From Minisyncoccota bacterium (GTDB lineage Bacteria; Patescibacteriota; Minisyncoccia; Phycocordibacterales; Phycocordibacteraceae): DNA of 64,000 nucleotides. Made by a program: the position numbers and the translations under genes. The notes below the pieces were generated by a model. It did not search any database. It saw only the letters and a program-made list of their open reading frames with translations, and was not told where the DNA came from. The stretch covers positions 3,559-67,558 of the forward strand of contig DATDUD010000048.1 in the NCBI GenBank assembly GCA_036517735.1, in the 5' to 3' direction. Shown here in pieces: positions 46,318-55,799 of this stretch (the first letter of the stretch is position 1; the number at the start of each line of letters is the position of its first letter).

Positions 46318-47778
46318 GTGCTAGGGTATTTGTATATGTGGCCGTTTACGCGTAAGAAAACGGGGAGTAAGAATACGTCCCCCATATTCTTCACGAACAC
46401 TCTGTCTGGGAAGAAGGAGCCATTCGCTCCCTTAAGAGCGGGCTCGGCCACCATCTACTCCTGCGGTCCTACTGTATACAACCGGGCACACATAGGTAAT
46501 CTACGTTCCTATGTATTTGCAGACTTAATCGCTCGTGTTCTCAAGAACGCTGAATATCGTGTACGCCGGGTCGTGAACATTACAGACGTCGGACACCTGG
46601 TCTCGGATGCGGATGAGGGTGAGGACAAGATGGAAAAGAGTGCTCGAGAGTCTGGAACCTCTGCAAGCGCTATTGCTGAGGAGTACACCAAGCTCTTTAT
46701 GGAGGATATCTCGCTCCTTAACATTGATACTAAAGACATTCTCTTCCCTCGCGCAACTGAATATGTAAAGGAACAGATCACTCTCATAAAGATTCTTGAG
46801 GAGAAAGGGTACACATATCAGATACGGGATGGCATATATTTCGATACCGCTAAGTATCCAGGATACGGAAAGCTAGGAGGCGTAGTGAAAGAGGGCGTTG
46901 GACGGATTAACGAGAATAAGGAAAAGAAGAATATGGCTGACTTTGCCCTTTGGAAATTCTCTTCTCTGGACGAAAAGCGGCAGCAAGAATGGGACAGCCC
47001 ATGGGGAGGTGGCTTCCCAGGATGGCACATCGAGTGCTCTGCCATGTCAAAGTCGCTTCTCGGCGAAACTATCGACATACACACCGGCGGAATGGACCAC
47101 ATACCGATCCATCACAACAATGAGATCGCGCAGTCGGAGGCGGCGAATGGAAAGACATTCGCACGATACTTCTTGCACCACGCCTTCCTCACTATGGAAA
47201 CAGAGAAGGTTTCGAAGTCACTTGGAAACGTCGTGTACCTCTCGGACCTACAAGGAAGAGGTCTGCATCCCCTTTCTCTTCGCTATCTCTTCCTCCAGGC
47301 CCATTACCGCTCTCCCCTCTCCTTCTCCTGGGAGTCCATTGAAGCTGCGAACGAAGCCCTCACACGGCTCTGGCGTATTGCAGGCGAATTCAAAGAGGAA
47401 TCGAAGGGTATAGGGACATCTTCCGAGGCATCGGACCGCATAACCACCCTTTTGAGAGATGACCTTGCAACTCCTGCTGCACTTGCCCTTCTCTGGGAGA
47501 CCCTAAAGGACGACCATATACAAGCAAAGGCCGCTTGGGGCGTCATAGAGGCGGCAGAGGCGGTTCTCGGCCTCTCCCTCACCAATCCCCCATTCTATGG
47601 TCGTCTCAAGGACACTGATATGCCGGAAGAGGTGCAACAGCTCATCAGGGAGCGCCAGGAAGCTCGCATATCAGGAGATTTCAAACATGCGGACGAATTG
47701 CGTATCCACATCGAGAACAGGGGATATGCTGTTGAAGACCGCCCGAAGGGCGTGGTGGTCACCAGGAAGCTCAATTGA
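46318..47778 (+). CDS. cysS: Cysteinyl-tRNA synthetase
   Basis: YSCGPTVYNRAHIGNLRSY (HIGH), zinc ligands, KVSKSLGN (KMSKS); 486 aa. Confidence 0.9.
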   Translation: MLGYLYMWPFTRKKTGSKNTSPIFFTNTLSGKKEPFAPLRAGSATIYSCGPTVYNRAHIGNLRSYVFADLIARVLKNAEYRVRRVVNITDVGHLVSDADEGEDKMEKSARESGTSASAIAEEYTKLFMEDISLLNIDTKDILFPRATEYVKEQITLIKILEEKGYTYQIRDGIYFDTAKYPGYGKLGGVVKEGVGRINENKEKKNMADFALWKFSSLDEKRQQEWDSPWGGGFPGWHIECSAMSKSLLGETIDIHTGGMDHIPIHHNNEIAQSEAANGKTFARYFLHHAFLTMETEKVSKSLGNVVYLSDLQGRGLHPLSLRYLFLQAHYRSPLSFSWESIEAANEALTRLWRIAGEFKEESKGIGTSSEASDRITTLLRDDLATPAALALLWETLKDDHIQAKAAWGVIEAAEAVLGLSLTNPPFYGRLKDTDMPEEVQQLIRERQEARISGDFKHADELRIHIENRGYAVEDRPKGVVVTRKLN

Positions 47779-49157
47779 TACAATCGGTCTACATGGCCGA
47801 CTTCTCCCGCATCCCTCCGCAGAGCCTCGAAAGCGAACGGGGCCTTCTTGGTTCTCTTCTCCTGAAGCCGGATGCGATGCACGATGTTTCCGATATCATT
47901 CGATCTGATTCTTTTTATGCTGAGAAGCACAAACTTATCTTCGAGTGCATGCGCGAGCTCTCTGACCGCGGAGAGCCCATAGATATACTTTCTCTTTCGG
48001 AGAGACTGCAGGGCAAGGGCGTGCTCGAACGTTGTGGCGGGAGAGCGTACATTGCCGAACTTGCAAACTCCTCCCCTACGCCTGGCAACTTTGCCCACTA
48101 TGCAGAATTAGTTGCGAGGAAGCACATCATGCGCGCGCTTATCGACGCAGCGCACGAGATCACTGAGCACGCATACGAGGAAGGACGCGATCATGCAGAG
48201 GTGCTTGATGCTGCAGAAAAGTCCATTTATGCAATTGGCGATAAGTCAGCGACGCATAAGTTTGTTGCGCTTGCTGATAAACTTGAGAGTGCTTGGGAAC
48301 GTATTGAAAGTTTGTCGAAGAGTGATGGTACGATTCGCGGCGTTCCTACTGGTTTTCCCGATCTTGATAATTTACTTTCTGGACTCCATCCATCTGACCT
48401 TATTATTCTTGCCGCGCGCCCTTCGGTAGGTAAGACGTCGCTTGCGCTTGATATCGCTCGCAATGCCGCAGTGAAGCACAACGTACCGGTGGGCATCTTC
48501 TCCCTTGAGATGAGCTCGGAACAGCTTGTAGATCGTATGCTTTCTGCTGAGTCATATGTAAATTCATGGAAGATTCGTACGGGAGGGGTTCGGGCCGAGG
48601 AGGAGTTCACCCGCATTCGGGACGCGCTTGAAACCCTTTCCAAAGCTCCTATTTACATAGATGACAAACCGGGCAACAACATCCTTGCAATGCGTGCGGT
48701 GGCGCGTCGCCTTAAACGTGAACGCGGTATCGGACTCATTGTCGTCGACTACCTCCAGCTCATGGCACCCTCGGGAGGCTTGAAGGCCTCGGACTCCATG
48801 GTGCAACAGGTTACCGAGATCTCTCGCTCTTTGAAGTCTCTTGCCCGTGAGCTTGAGGTGCCAGTGCTCGCACTCTCGCAACTCTCCCGTGCGGTTGAGC
48901 AGCGTGGCGGCAAGCCACGACTTTCCGACCTTCGTGATAGCGGAAGTCTAGAACAAGATGCAGATGTTGTTATGTTCATCCATAGGGACGACAAACGTAA
49001 TCCTGACAGCGACCGTCCAAACATCGCCGAGATCCTTATCGAGAAGCACCGCAACGGCCCTACAGGACGCGTGGAGCTGTACTTCGATGAGAAGCGCACG
49101 AGCTATATGCCGATGGACAAGTCGGGATACGGAGCCTTGGCTTCTGAGTTTGAATAG
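47775..49157 (+). CDS. dnaB: Replicative DNA helicase DnaB
   Basis: N-terminal ESERGLLGSLL, Walker A ILAARPSVGKTSLAL, SLEMS, Walker B LIVVDYLQLM, arginine finger region; no intein; 460 aa. Confidence 0.9.
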   Translation: MIQSVYMADFSRIPPQSLESERGLLGSLLLKPDAMHDVSDIIRSDSFYAEKHKLIFECMRELSDRGEPIDILSLSERLQGKGVLERCGGRAYIAELANSSPTPGNFAHYAELVARKHIMRALIDAAHEITEHAYEEGRDHAEVLDAAEKSIYAIGDKSATHKFVALADKLESAWERIESLSKSDGTIRGVPTGFPDLDNLLSGLHPSDLIILAARPSVGKTSLALDIARNAAVKHNVPVGIFSLEMSSEQLVDRMLSAESYVNSWKIRTGGVRAEEEFTRIRDALETLSKAPIYIDDKPGNNILAMRAVARRLKRERGIGLIVVDYLQLMAPSGGLKASDSMVQQVTEISRSLKSLARELEVPVLALSQLSRAVEQRGGKPRLSDLRDSGSLEQDADVVMFIHRDDKRNPDSDRPNIAEILIEKHRNGPTGRVELYFDEKRTSYMPMDKSGYGALASEFE

Positions 49158-49159
49158 AT

Positions 49160-49759
49160 ATGGATAGGGTTGAGGAGCTTTCGCACGCCTTTGAGCGCTT
49201 CCCGGGGATAGGACCGCGCCAGGCGAAGCGTTTCGTCTACTACCTCCTTACACGAGCTCCGGGAGACCGCTCGAAGCTTTCCGAACTTATAGCTCGTCTT
49301 TCAGACGACGTACGCCAGTGTTCCGATTGCATGCGCTTCTGGAGCGGTAAAGCAGTCTCATGCACGTATTGCAGCAATCCTTCACGGGACGATTCGGTTC
49401 TTATGCTCGTCGAGAAGGATCAGGACCTTCTTGCAGTTGAACGCTCAGGAAGCTACAAGGGCCGCTACTTCGTTCTTGGCGGCTCCCTTACCCTCTCCGG
49501 TAAAGGAAGCATCCGAGAGAAGGAACTTGTGGACCGAGTTGAGAAACGAGCGAAGACAGGGCTCGAGGAGATTGTTCTTGCTCTTTCGGCGACAAGCGAA
49601 GGAGAACATACGGCAGACCATATCAGAGGACTTCTACAGCCTCTTCGCAGCCACATCCGTTTCTACACACTTGGGCGCGGGCTTGCGACGGGCTCGGAAC
49701 TTGAATACGCGGACTCGACTACTCTTTCGGCTGCGCTTCAGAATAGGAAGGAGACATAG
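49160..49759 (+). CDS. recR: Recombination protein RecR
   Basis: HhH N-terminus (FPGIGPRQAKR), C4 zinc finger CSDC...CTYC, Toprim domain; 199 aa. Confidence 0.9.
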   Translation: MDRVEELSHAFERFPGIGPRQAKRFVYYLLTRAPGDRSKLSELIARLSDDVRQCSDCMRFWSGKAVSCTYCSNPSRDDSVLMLVEKDQDLLAVERSGSYKGRYFVLGGSLTLSGKGSIREKELVDRVEKRAKTGLEEIVLALSATSEGEHTADHIRGLLQPLRSHIRFYTLGRGLATGSELEYADSTTLSAALQNRKET

Positions 49760-49762
49760 TGT

Positions 49763-50158
49763 TTATCGCTGCTTTAGCTCGACTTCTTCCTTCGCAAGGT
49801 CAAACTTAACGGTAAAGTGTTCGAAAAATCCTTTTTGTCCGACAATGCCGTATGGCATTACTCGTCCCGCTACGTCAGGCATAAAGCCTGCAGTTATTTT
49901 CTTGGGCCAACCTCCGACAATGATTTCGACTGGGTGTAGATAATAAATAGAGGCTTTTCCACCTACGCCGAATACTTCCTTAGGCTCGCCCTTGGTTACG
50001 TTTATATTGAGTAGTTCACCTATCTCTGCACTAAAGATGCAAAGATCGGCGCCTGAATCGACGAGGACCTCATAGCCTATTACTTCTGAACCACTCTTGA
50101 GCTGTATGGGTATAACAGGACGAAGAACCTGTCCGTACTTTTTGTACGAGAACTTCAT
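49763..50158 (-). CDS. Retropepsin-like (clan AA) aspartic protease
   Basis: LVDSGADLCIFS catalytic D-S-G-A motif; 131 aa. Confidence 0.6.
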   Translation of the reverse strand: MKFSYKKYGQVLRPVIPIQLKSGSEVIGYEVLVDSGADLCIFSAEIGELLNINVTKGEPKEVFGVGGKASIYYLHPVEIIVGGWPKKITAGFMPDVAGRVMPYGIVGQKGFFEHFTVKFDLAKEEVELKQR

Positions 50159-50159
50159 G

Positions 50160-50366
50160 CTAGCCGACGTAGGCTACAATTTTTTCAGGCATGCGCGTGA
50201 GAAGAGGTACGCCCGCATGCCCTTCCCGTGCTTTATTCAGAGCTTCGCGAGCCGTACGGCCGCTGCCAAGAACAGTCTTTTCGTCCTTTGCCAGCGCCAC
50301 CCAGCTTCCCGCGTATTTTTTCTGGAGTTTGGTCCAATCGGTAGCCATAATGGGAGAGTATAACAT
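50160..50366 (-). CDS. Small protein (68 aa) paired with the retropepsin-like protease (possibly DUF5678-like)
   Basis: GSWVALAKDEKTVLGSGRTAREALNKAREGHAGVPLLTRMPEK; 1-nt spacing to the downstream protease gene. Confidence 0.35.
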   Translation of the reverse strand: MLYSPIMATDWTKLQKKYAGSWVALAKDEKTVLGSGRTAREALNKAREGHAGVPLLTRMPEKIVAYVG

Positions 50367-50430
50367 GGGGCCTAGAAACCTGGGCGCTGATCAGCGCATG
50401 AGTCAAAACCGCCCTGTCGGACGGTTTCTG

Positions 50431-50763
50431 CTATTTAATCTTATCGATCTTCACCTTGATGTAGGGCTGGCGGTGTCCACGGCGCTTGAAGTACCTGCTC
50501 TTGGCCTTGTACTTAACGACATCGATCTTGGGTGCGCGTCCTACGACCTGTACGGTCCCAATGACGGCTGCGCCTGAAATGGTGGGGACACCGATGGTCG
50601 TATCCTTTCCGTTATCGACAAGCAATACTTCAGAGAAGGTCACCGAGTCTCCTTTCTTGAGGGGTTCGGTCTTCGAGCGGCTTCCGAGCTTCTCGATGGT
50701 GACCACGTCGCCCGGAGAGACAACGTACTGCTTACCCCCGGTCTTGATGACTGCGAATTCCAT
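50431..50763 (-). CDS. rplU: 50S ribosomal protein L21
   Basis: MEFAVIKTGGKQYVVSPGDVV...KYKAKSRYFKRRGHRQPY; 110 aa. Confidence 0.9.
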   Translation of the reverse strand: MEFAVIKTGGKQYVVSPGDVVTIEKLGSRSKTEPLKKGDSVTFSEVLLVDNGKDTTIGVPTISGAAVIGTVQVVGRAPKIDVVKYKAKSRYFKRRGHRQPYIKVKIDKIK

Positions 50764-50862
50764 ATAAGGGCTATCCTACGGGTTTCTGAATTAAAAAGCA
50801 AGAATGACTGCCTTAGATATGGCAACCCCCACGGACCGGCGCGTGGCCCGTGGGGGAATTCG

Positions 50863-51267
50863 TCAGATCCTGCGAGGCTTATCCAGACGCCAAGTCCAGG
50901 GCGGTAACGCGAGATCGAGCAGGTTGATGGTCGGTGGAGCGTAGAAGCTGAAAATCACGATCATGGCCCACGCTGAGCGTAGCGTCGGAAGGTGTGTGGG
51001 CACTGTGCCCCACACCAGCAGACACATAGCGACCCAGAGGAGGAGCGACGCGAGACTCCCATACCGGACTGATTCGCCCCCCAGAATGAGCACGACGCCG
51101 GTGACCAGAATCGCAATCAACCAGATAAGCCAGCACAAGACCCCGATGGTTTCGCGAATTGTGGGCGACGTAACGTCTTGTGGTTCGCCGACCGTCACGA
51201 GTGCCAGCACCACAACGGCCAGGACCAGCAGTGCACCGAGAAAACGGCGTGTGATTTTGAGAGCCAT
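50863..51267 (-). CDS. Hypothetical membrane protein (4 TM)
   Basis: 134 aa with four hydrophobic helices; alternative overlapping frames encode Arg/Gly-rich nonsense; a 9-bp GC hairpin (CCCCCACGG...CCGTGGGGG) follows its stop. Confidence 0.4.
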   Translation of the reverse strand: MALKITRRFLGALLVLAVVVLALVTVGEPQDVTSPTIRETIGVLCWLIWLIAILVTGVVLILGGESVRYGSLASLLLWVAMCLLVWGTVPTHLPTLRSAWAMIVIFSFYAPPTINLLDLALPPWTWRLDKPRRI

Positions 51268-51318
51268 GGGGCCCCTCCTTTCTTTCCATCCGCACTATAT
51301 GATTCTGCTTTAACCTCG

Positions 51319-52374
51319 TCAATCACTGGTCCCGGGTTTTTCCAGAAGTTCCACCTCGATCTCCATCTTCTCCTGCGCTATCCGGTACACGTCCTTCTCT
51401 ATCTTCCCAAGCTCCTTGTATCCAGAGTTGTAATGGGAGACAGCGGTACCGAGGGCGTTCCCGAGCTTTTTGTAGTAGTCCTCGTAGGAACCAATGTGCT
51501 TCCCGAGCTCTCCCACGCGCTTCTGTATCTCCTCAGCCTGCTTCTCTATCTGAAGGGCTTTGAGTCCCTGCATGACCGTCTGGAGGTATGCAAGGAAGGA
51601 AGTCGGCGACACGATGATTACCTTCTGCTTCCCTGCGGCCCGTTGAATGAGATTCTCTTCCTCGCCTGCGCCGACCTGGTTCGTAAGGAGGTCGTAGTAG
51701 ATACCTTCCGAGGGAATGAACATGAAAGCGAAGTCCATAGTTCCTTCTTCTGGACGTATATATTTTGCAGTCTCGTTGATACGGAGCTTCAGGTCGTTCA
51801 CGAACGTCTTCTCGAGGGCCGCGCGCTCTGGCCCGTCCGCGTGCACCAGACGGTTGTAGTTGTCTAGAGAAAACTTCGAGTCTATGGGAACAATCTTTTC
51901 GTTCACAAACACCACGGCATCGACTATCTCTCCATTCTTGAAGGGATACTGCATCTGGTACATGCCTGGCGGGAGTACGTTTTTCAGGACGGTCTCAAGA
52001 TAGTATTCGCCAAGGATGCCACGCTGCTTCGGGTTTTTGAGAATGTCTTGGAGGGATTTTAGCTGTTCAGCGAACTTTCCGGTCTCGCGTCCGATTTCCT
52101 TTACACTTGTTATCTCAGCGGTGATCTCGCGGATCAGTTTTGCAGACTCGCCAAGCTGAGTACGCATCGTTTCGTTCACGTTCCTCGAGGATTCGTTCAT
52201 CCGCGAGTCGAGTGCTGACTCCATGTTCTGTATCTGCTTCTGGAGGAGCATGAGACCAGTGTCATCCTTAGGAATTTCCTTCAGTTTCTCCTGACGCTTC
52301 AGAATGATCCAGAGTCCGACTCCCTGGAAGAAGACAAGTACAAGAATGACTATGGCGATTGCGAGCGGGTCCAT
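51319..52374 (-). CDS. rmuC: DNA recombination protein RmuC
   Basis: N-terminal TM, long coiled coil, C-terminal RmuC nuclease-like domain (DAVVFVNEKIVPIDSKF, IPSEGIYY); 351 aa. Confidence 0.75.
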   Translation of the reverse strand: MDPLAIAIVILVLVFFQGVGLWIILKRQEKLKEIPKDDTGLMLLQKQIQNMESALDSRMNESSRNVNETMRTQLGESAKLIREITAEITSVKEIGRETGKFAEQLKSLQDILKNPKQRGILGEYYLETVLKNVLPPGMYQMQYPFKNGEIVDAVVFVNEKIVPIDSKFSLDNYNRLVHADGPERAALEKTFVNDLKLRINETAKYIRPEEGTMDFAFMFIPSEGIYYDLLTNQVGAGEEENLIQRAAGKQKVIIVSPTSFLAYLQTVMQGLKALQIEKQAEEIQKRVGELGKHIGSYEDYYKKLGNALGTAVSHYNSGYKELGKIEKDVYRIAQEKMEIEVELLEKPGTSD

Positions 52375-52412
52375 AGGGAGAGTATAACGCGCGTGTTAGA
52401 ATCGCCCCATAT

Positions 52413-52868
52413 ATGACTATTCACGAACAGATCAAGGCTGGAATTCCTGACGCTATGCGGGCTAAGGATGCAGTGCGTCTCCAGACATACCGCTCTCTCG
52501 TCACCATGATGACGAACGAGGTGGTTTCCAAGAAGAGGAAGCCGGATGAGCTTTTAACCGACGAGGAAGCGCTGGCGGTCTTAAAGCGTGCATCCAATCA
52601 ACGCAAGGACTCCATAGAACAGTACGAAAAGGGAGGCCGTCCTGAGCTTGCGGTGAATGAGGGGGAAGAACTTTTAATTATTGAGGAGATGCTTCCTGCT
52701 CAGATGCCGCGGGAGGAGATAGAGACTGTCGTGAAGGCAAAGATGAGTGAGATGGGTGTTACAGATAAGTCAGGTACAGGAAAGCTCATCGGTTCAGTCA
52801 TGCAGGAGCTTAAAGGGCGTGCGGACGGGGGGGCGGTTAAGGCTGTAATTGATTCACTGCTGACGTAA
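52413..52868 (+). CDS. GatB/YqeY domain protein
   Basis: MTIHEQIKAGIPDAMRAKD...LTDEEALAVLKR...GKLIGSVMQELKGRADG; 151 aa. Confidence 0.75.
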   Translation: MTIHEQIKAGIPDAMRAKDAVRLQTYRSLVTMMTNEVVSKKRKPDELLTDEEALAVLKRASNQRKDSIEQYEKGGRPELAVNEGEELLIIEEMLPAQMPREEIETVVKAKMSEMGVTDKSGTGKLIGSVMQELKGRADGGAVKAVIDSLLT

Positions 52869-52938
52869 CGAGTATCTCATAGACATATCATAAACTTGTG
52901 GTATCGTATCCCTCGGACCAAGGATTACATGAAAGGAA

Positions 52939-53346
52939 ATGCCCGTGAGTATCCGACCAATCACTGCAGACGATATTCGATGCGGCATGGATGTCGCACG
53001 AAATAAGCACCGCTACGCGCCTGACAAGGGGCTTCTGACCACGGTCGCGCGTATGGCCCTTGAGAGAATGCTCGACAATATGTCCCACCGCGACGCGGTC
53101 AAAGCCGCATACGCCGAGGTGGGAATTGAGAACAGCGCTCGCTATCTCTACTGGACAGCACTTGCCCCGATACTGAGCAGGTACACAAACCTGATTCAGA
53201 TGAAGACAGCGATGAGGCCGCCTATGCCTAAACGCCTGCCTTCGCCGAATCCTGAATCGTGGAGGATAAAGCTACTGCACCAGACGAGCGCAAGGCGCAT
53301 GGCGTACCAGCGACGCGACCACCTGCTTCCTGAGCACGACCGATAG
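52939..53346 (+). CDS. Hypothetical protein
   Basis: 135 aa ORF, helical composition; no recognisable motif. Confidence 0.25.
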   Translation: MPVSIRPITADDIRCGMDVARNKHRYAPDKGLLTTVARMALERMLDNMSHRDAVKAAYAEVGIENSARYLYWTALAPILSRYTNLIQMKTAMRPPMPKRLPSPNPESWRIKLLHQTSARRMAYQRRDHLLPEHDR

Positions 53347-53405
53347 GAAGTACCTTATGCCGAGTGGGCCCCTCCCGGGGCTCACTTTTTTTATATAATC
53401 AATCA

Positions 53406-54215
53406 ATGAAAAGCTTTATCGTTATCCATAAACAACGCGGCGAGACCCCTCTTGAAACTATCGAAAGATGGCGATTTGGTAGCCCTGCGTTTTCTTCCCT
53501 TTCCGCCTCGTATGCGGGACGTCTTGATCCAATGGCCGAGGGTAAGCTTTTGGTGCTTTTAGGAGACGAATGCAAGAAACAGAACGAATACACGAAACTT
53601 GATAAAGAGTATGAGATAGAAGTTGTGCTTGACCTTAATACCGATACCGGAGACGCGCTTGGTCTTCCCACATACGAAGGGAATGAGACTCACTCAAATA
53701 TGAGTTTTGTACGGGAAGCTTTAAAAAGCGTCCACGGTACGCACCAGGTTCCCTTCCCCGCTTTCTCCTCAAGAACAGTGAAAGGAAAGCCTCTTTTTAT
53801 GTACGCGCTTGAAGGAACTCTCAATACTATCCAAATCCCTGAACACGATGAGACTGTCTACAAGATCAAAATACTTTCTCTGATGGAACTTCCTGCGCCT
53901 AAAGTTCTTGAACGAATCCTGGACGTGTTAAAAATAGTCCCCCGCAGCGACGAGCCGTCGAAGGCGCTCGGCGCCGACTTCAGGCAAGATGTTATCCGTT
54001 CTGGCTGGAAAGCGCTTTTTGGAAGAATGCCGGAACGATCTTTCACCGTAATGCGACTCCGTGTCTCTTGTTCCTCGGGCACGTATATGCGAACGCTTGC
54101 AACGCGTATCGCGAAGGAGTTGAGCACTACAGGCTTTGCTCTTTCAATCAATCGAACAAAGATTGGGAAGTATTTCCGATTCGGCTCCTTCTGCTTCTGG
54201 TCAAAGTCGTACTAG
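53406..54215 (+). CDS. truB: tRNA pseudouridine(55) synthase TruB
   Basis: GRLDPMAEGKLLVLLG (catalytic Asp motif), KEYEIEVVLDLNTDTGD; start at MKSFIV. Confidence 0.75.
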   Translation: MKSFIVIHKQRGETPLETIERWRFGSPAFSSLSASYAGRLDPMAEGKLLVLLGDECKKQNEYTKLDKEYEIEVVLDLNTDTGDALGLPTYEGNETHSNMSFVREALKSVHGTHQVPFPAFSSRTVKGKPLFMYALEGTLNTIQIPEHDETVYKIKILSLMELPAPKVLERILDVLKIVPRSDEPSKALGADFRQDVIRSGWKALFGRMPERSFTVMRLRVSCSSGTYMRTLATRIAKELSTTGFALSINRTKIGKYFRFGSFCFWSKSY

Positions 54216-54553
54216 CGATACATTCGATCCCGGCGCTCACTGAGTCTTTGTATAAGTTCGGAGTCAGTTATGCGCGTAAAGCGCGGAGTTTCTCTACCTT
54301 CCTTAACGACAGTCTCCATGAACATGCTGAGCGGACGTATGTCGTACATGCGACTTAACCGATATACAAGCGCCTCTTCGTACAGAGGGCGGTATACGGC
54401 AAGGAAACTGTCTTCCGGTCGGCAGTCCTCCTCTGTGTGGTGTCCTATACCCATAAGTTCGTATGCGTACTTTTCTTCGGGACCTTCATGATCGTGCTTG
54501 TAGTGGTAGTAGAAACCAGGTTCAGGAAGGTTGGCTGGAGGAATGGGGTCCAT
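54212..54553 (-). CDS. DUF1653 domain protein
   Basis: GFYYHYKHDHEG...YAYELMG...FLAVYRPLYEE...IRPLSMFMETVVKEGRETPRFTRI; start at internal Met (MDPIPP) abutting the upstream gene's stop. Confidence 0.55.
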   Translation of the reverse strand: MDPIPPANLPEPGFYYHYKHDHEGPEEKYAYELMGIGHHTEEDCRPEDSFLAVYRPLYEEALVYRLSRMYDIRPLSMFMETVVKEGRETPRFTRITDSELIQRLSERRDRMYR

Positions 54554-54555
54554 AG

Positions 54556-55671
54556 TTATCGAACTGAGGTGTATCCTCCCGGCACGCCGTTCGGAGACAG
54601 CACTATCTGCCAGTCCTGATTCCTGCGGGAACGGAAGGAGCCTGCACAGGAGAGAAGATAGTACTCCCACATGCGGCGGAAGCGTTCTCCGTATTTCTCT
54701 TTGAGCTCGGGCCAGGCATTCTGGAAGCGCCTGTTCCATTCCATAAGAGTGCGGTCATAGTAGTTGCTGAAGTTATGCCAGTCCTCCATGACGAAGATCC
54801 CTTCTATAGCCTCTCCTATCTGTGTAACGGAAGGCAGCATGCCGTTCGGGAATATGTACTTATCTATCCATGCCTCAGTCGTGCGTACGGAGCGATTTCC
54901 CCCGATAGTCTGGAGGAGGAAAAGGCCATCTTCCTTCAGACATCGGCGCACTACCTCCATAAACGTACGGAAGTTCTTGTATCCCACGGCCTCAAACATC
55001 TCTATGGAAACTACATGGTCGAACTGTCCTTGGGTCTCGCGATAGTCGTGGATACGTATCTCGACCGGAAGCCCCTTGCAGCGTTCACGCGCAAGCGCGG
55101 CCTGCTCCTTTGACACGGTCACACCGACCACTTCTGCACCATACTTCTCAGCCGCATACTTGGCGAAGCTCCCCCATCCGCACCCGATGTCGAGGACCCT
55201 GTCTCCTTTCTTGAGCCCTATCTTCCTACAAATGAGATCGAGCTTCGCTTCCTGGGCATCATCGAGATTGTTCGCATCTTTCCAATACGCACAGGTGTAC
55301 ACCATTCGCGTATCGAGCATGCGTTCGTATAGATCATTACCCAGATCATAGTGTCGTTCTCCCACCTGGAATGCACGGGCCTTCGATTGGAAGTTATAAA
55401 ACGCTCCTTGGAGATCCTGGATCGTTCTTTGTAAAGGGGTGAGTGCTGTATCGAGCTTCGCGGAGAGAACCCGCGTAAAGAACTGATCAAGTTCCTTTGC
55501 ATCCCACCACCCGTCCATGTACGCCTCCCCGAGGCCGAGGGAACCGCGGCGGAGCACACGCGCATAGAGCCGCTCATCGTGCACCTGCATGTCCCACGGG
55601 TCTCCACCGTTTATTTTGATATCAGCCTTGGCAAGCAGTGCTTCCGCCCTGGATCTGAAGGTCATACGCAA
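54556..55671 (-). CDS. cfa: Cyclopropane-fatty-acyl-phospholipid synthase-family SAM-dependent methyltransferase
   Basis: YDLGNDLYERMLDTRMVYTCAYW, VLDIGCGWGSFAKYAAEKYGAEVVGVTVSKEQ; 371 aa. Confidence 0.8.
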   Translation of the reverse strand: MRMTFRSRAEALLAKADIKINGGDPWDMQVHDERLYARVLRRGSLGLGEAYMDGWWDAKELDQFFTRVLSAKLDTALTPLQRTIQDLQGAFYNFQSKARAFQVGERHYDLGNDLYERMLDTRMVYTCAYWKDANNLDDAQEAKLDLICRKIGLKKGDRVLDIGCGWGSFAKYAAEKYGAEVVGVTVSKEQAALARERCKGLPVEIRIHDYRETQGQFDHVVSIEMFEAVGYKNFRTFMEVVRRCLKEDGLFLLQTIGGNRSVRTTEAWIDKYIFPNGMLPSVTQIGEAIEGIFVMEDWHNFSNYYDRTLMEWNRRFQNAWPELKEKYGERFRRMWEYYLLSCAGSFRSRRNQDWQIVLSPNGVPGGYTSVR

Positions 55672-55727
55672 ATCATGACATACGGAAGTGGCAGTGAAAT
55701 GAGGTTTTTGGTATAACTATGCCTGAC

Positions 55728-55799
55728 GGCCTCATCGTCTAACGGTTAGGACAGATCCCTCTCACGGATCAAATCGGGGTTCGATTCCCCGTGAGGTCA
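55728..55799 (+). tRNA. tRNA-Glu(CTC)
   Basis: GGCCTCATCGTCTAACGGTTAGGAC, anticodon stem GATCC/GGATC with loop CTCTCAC, T-arm CGGGG-TTCGATT-CCCCG; its 3' 38 nt overlap the recombinase ORF end. Confidence 0.85.

Noticed and set aside
50879-51322. Alternative 147-aa ORF in a different frame of the membrane-protein gene region, plus the plus-strand ORF 50963..51313.
   Set aside because: Arg/Gly/His-rich, non-protein-like. The 4-TM frame (50863..51267) is more plausible, though itself low confidence.
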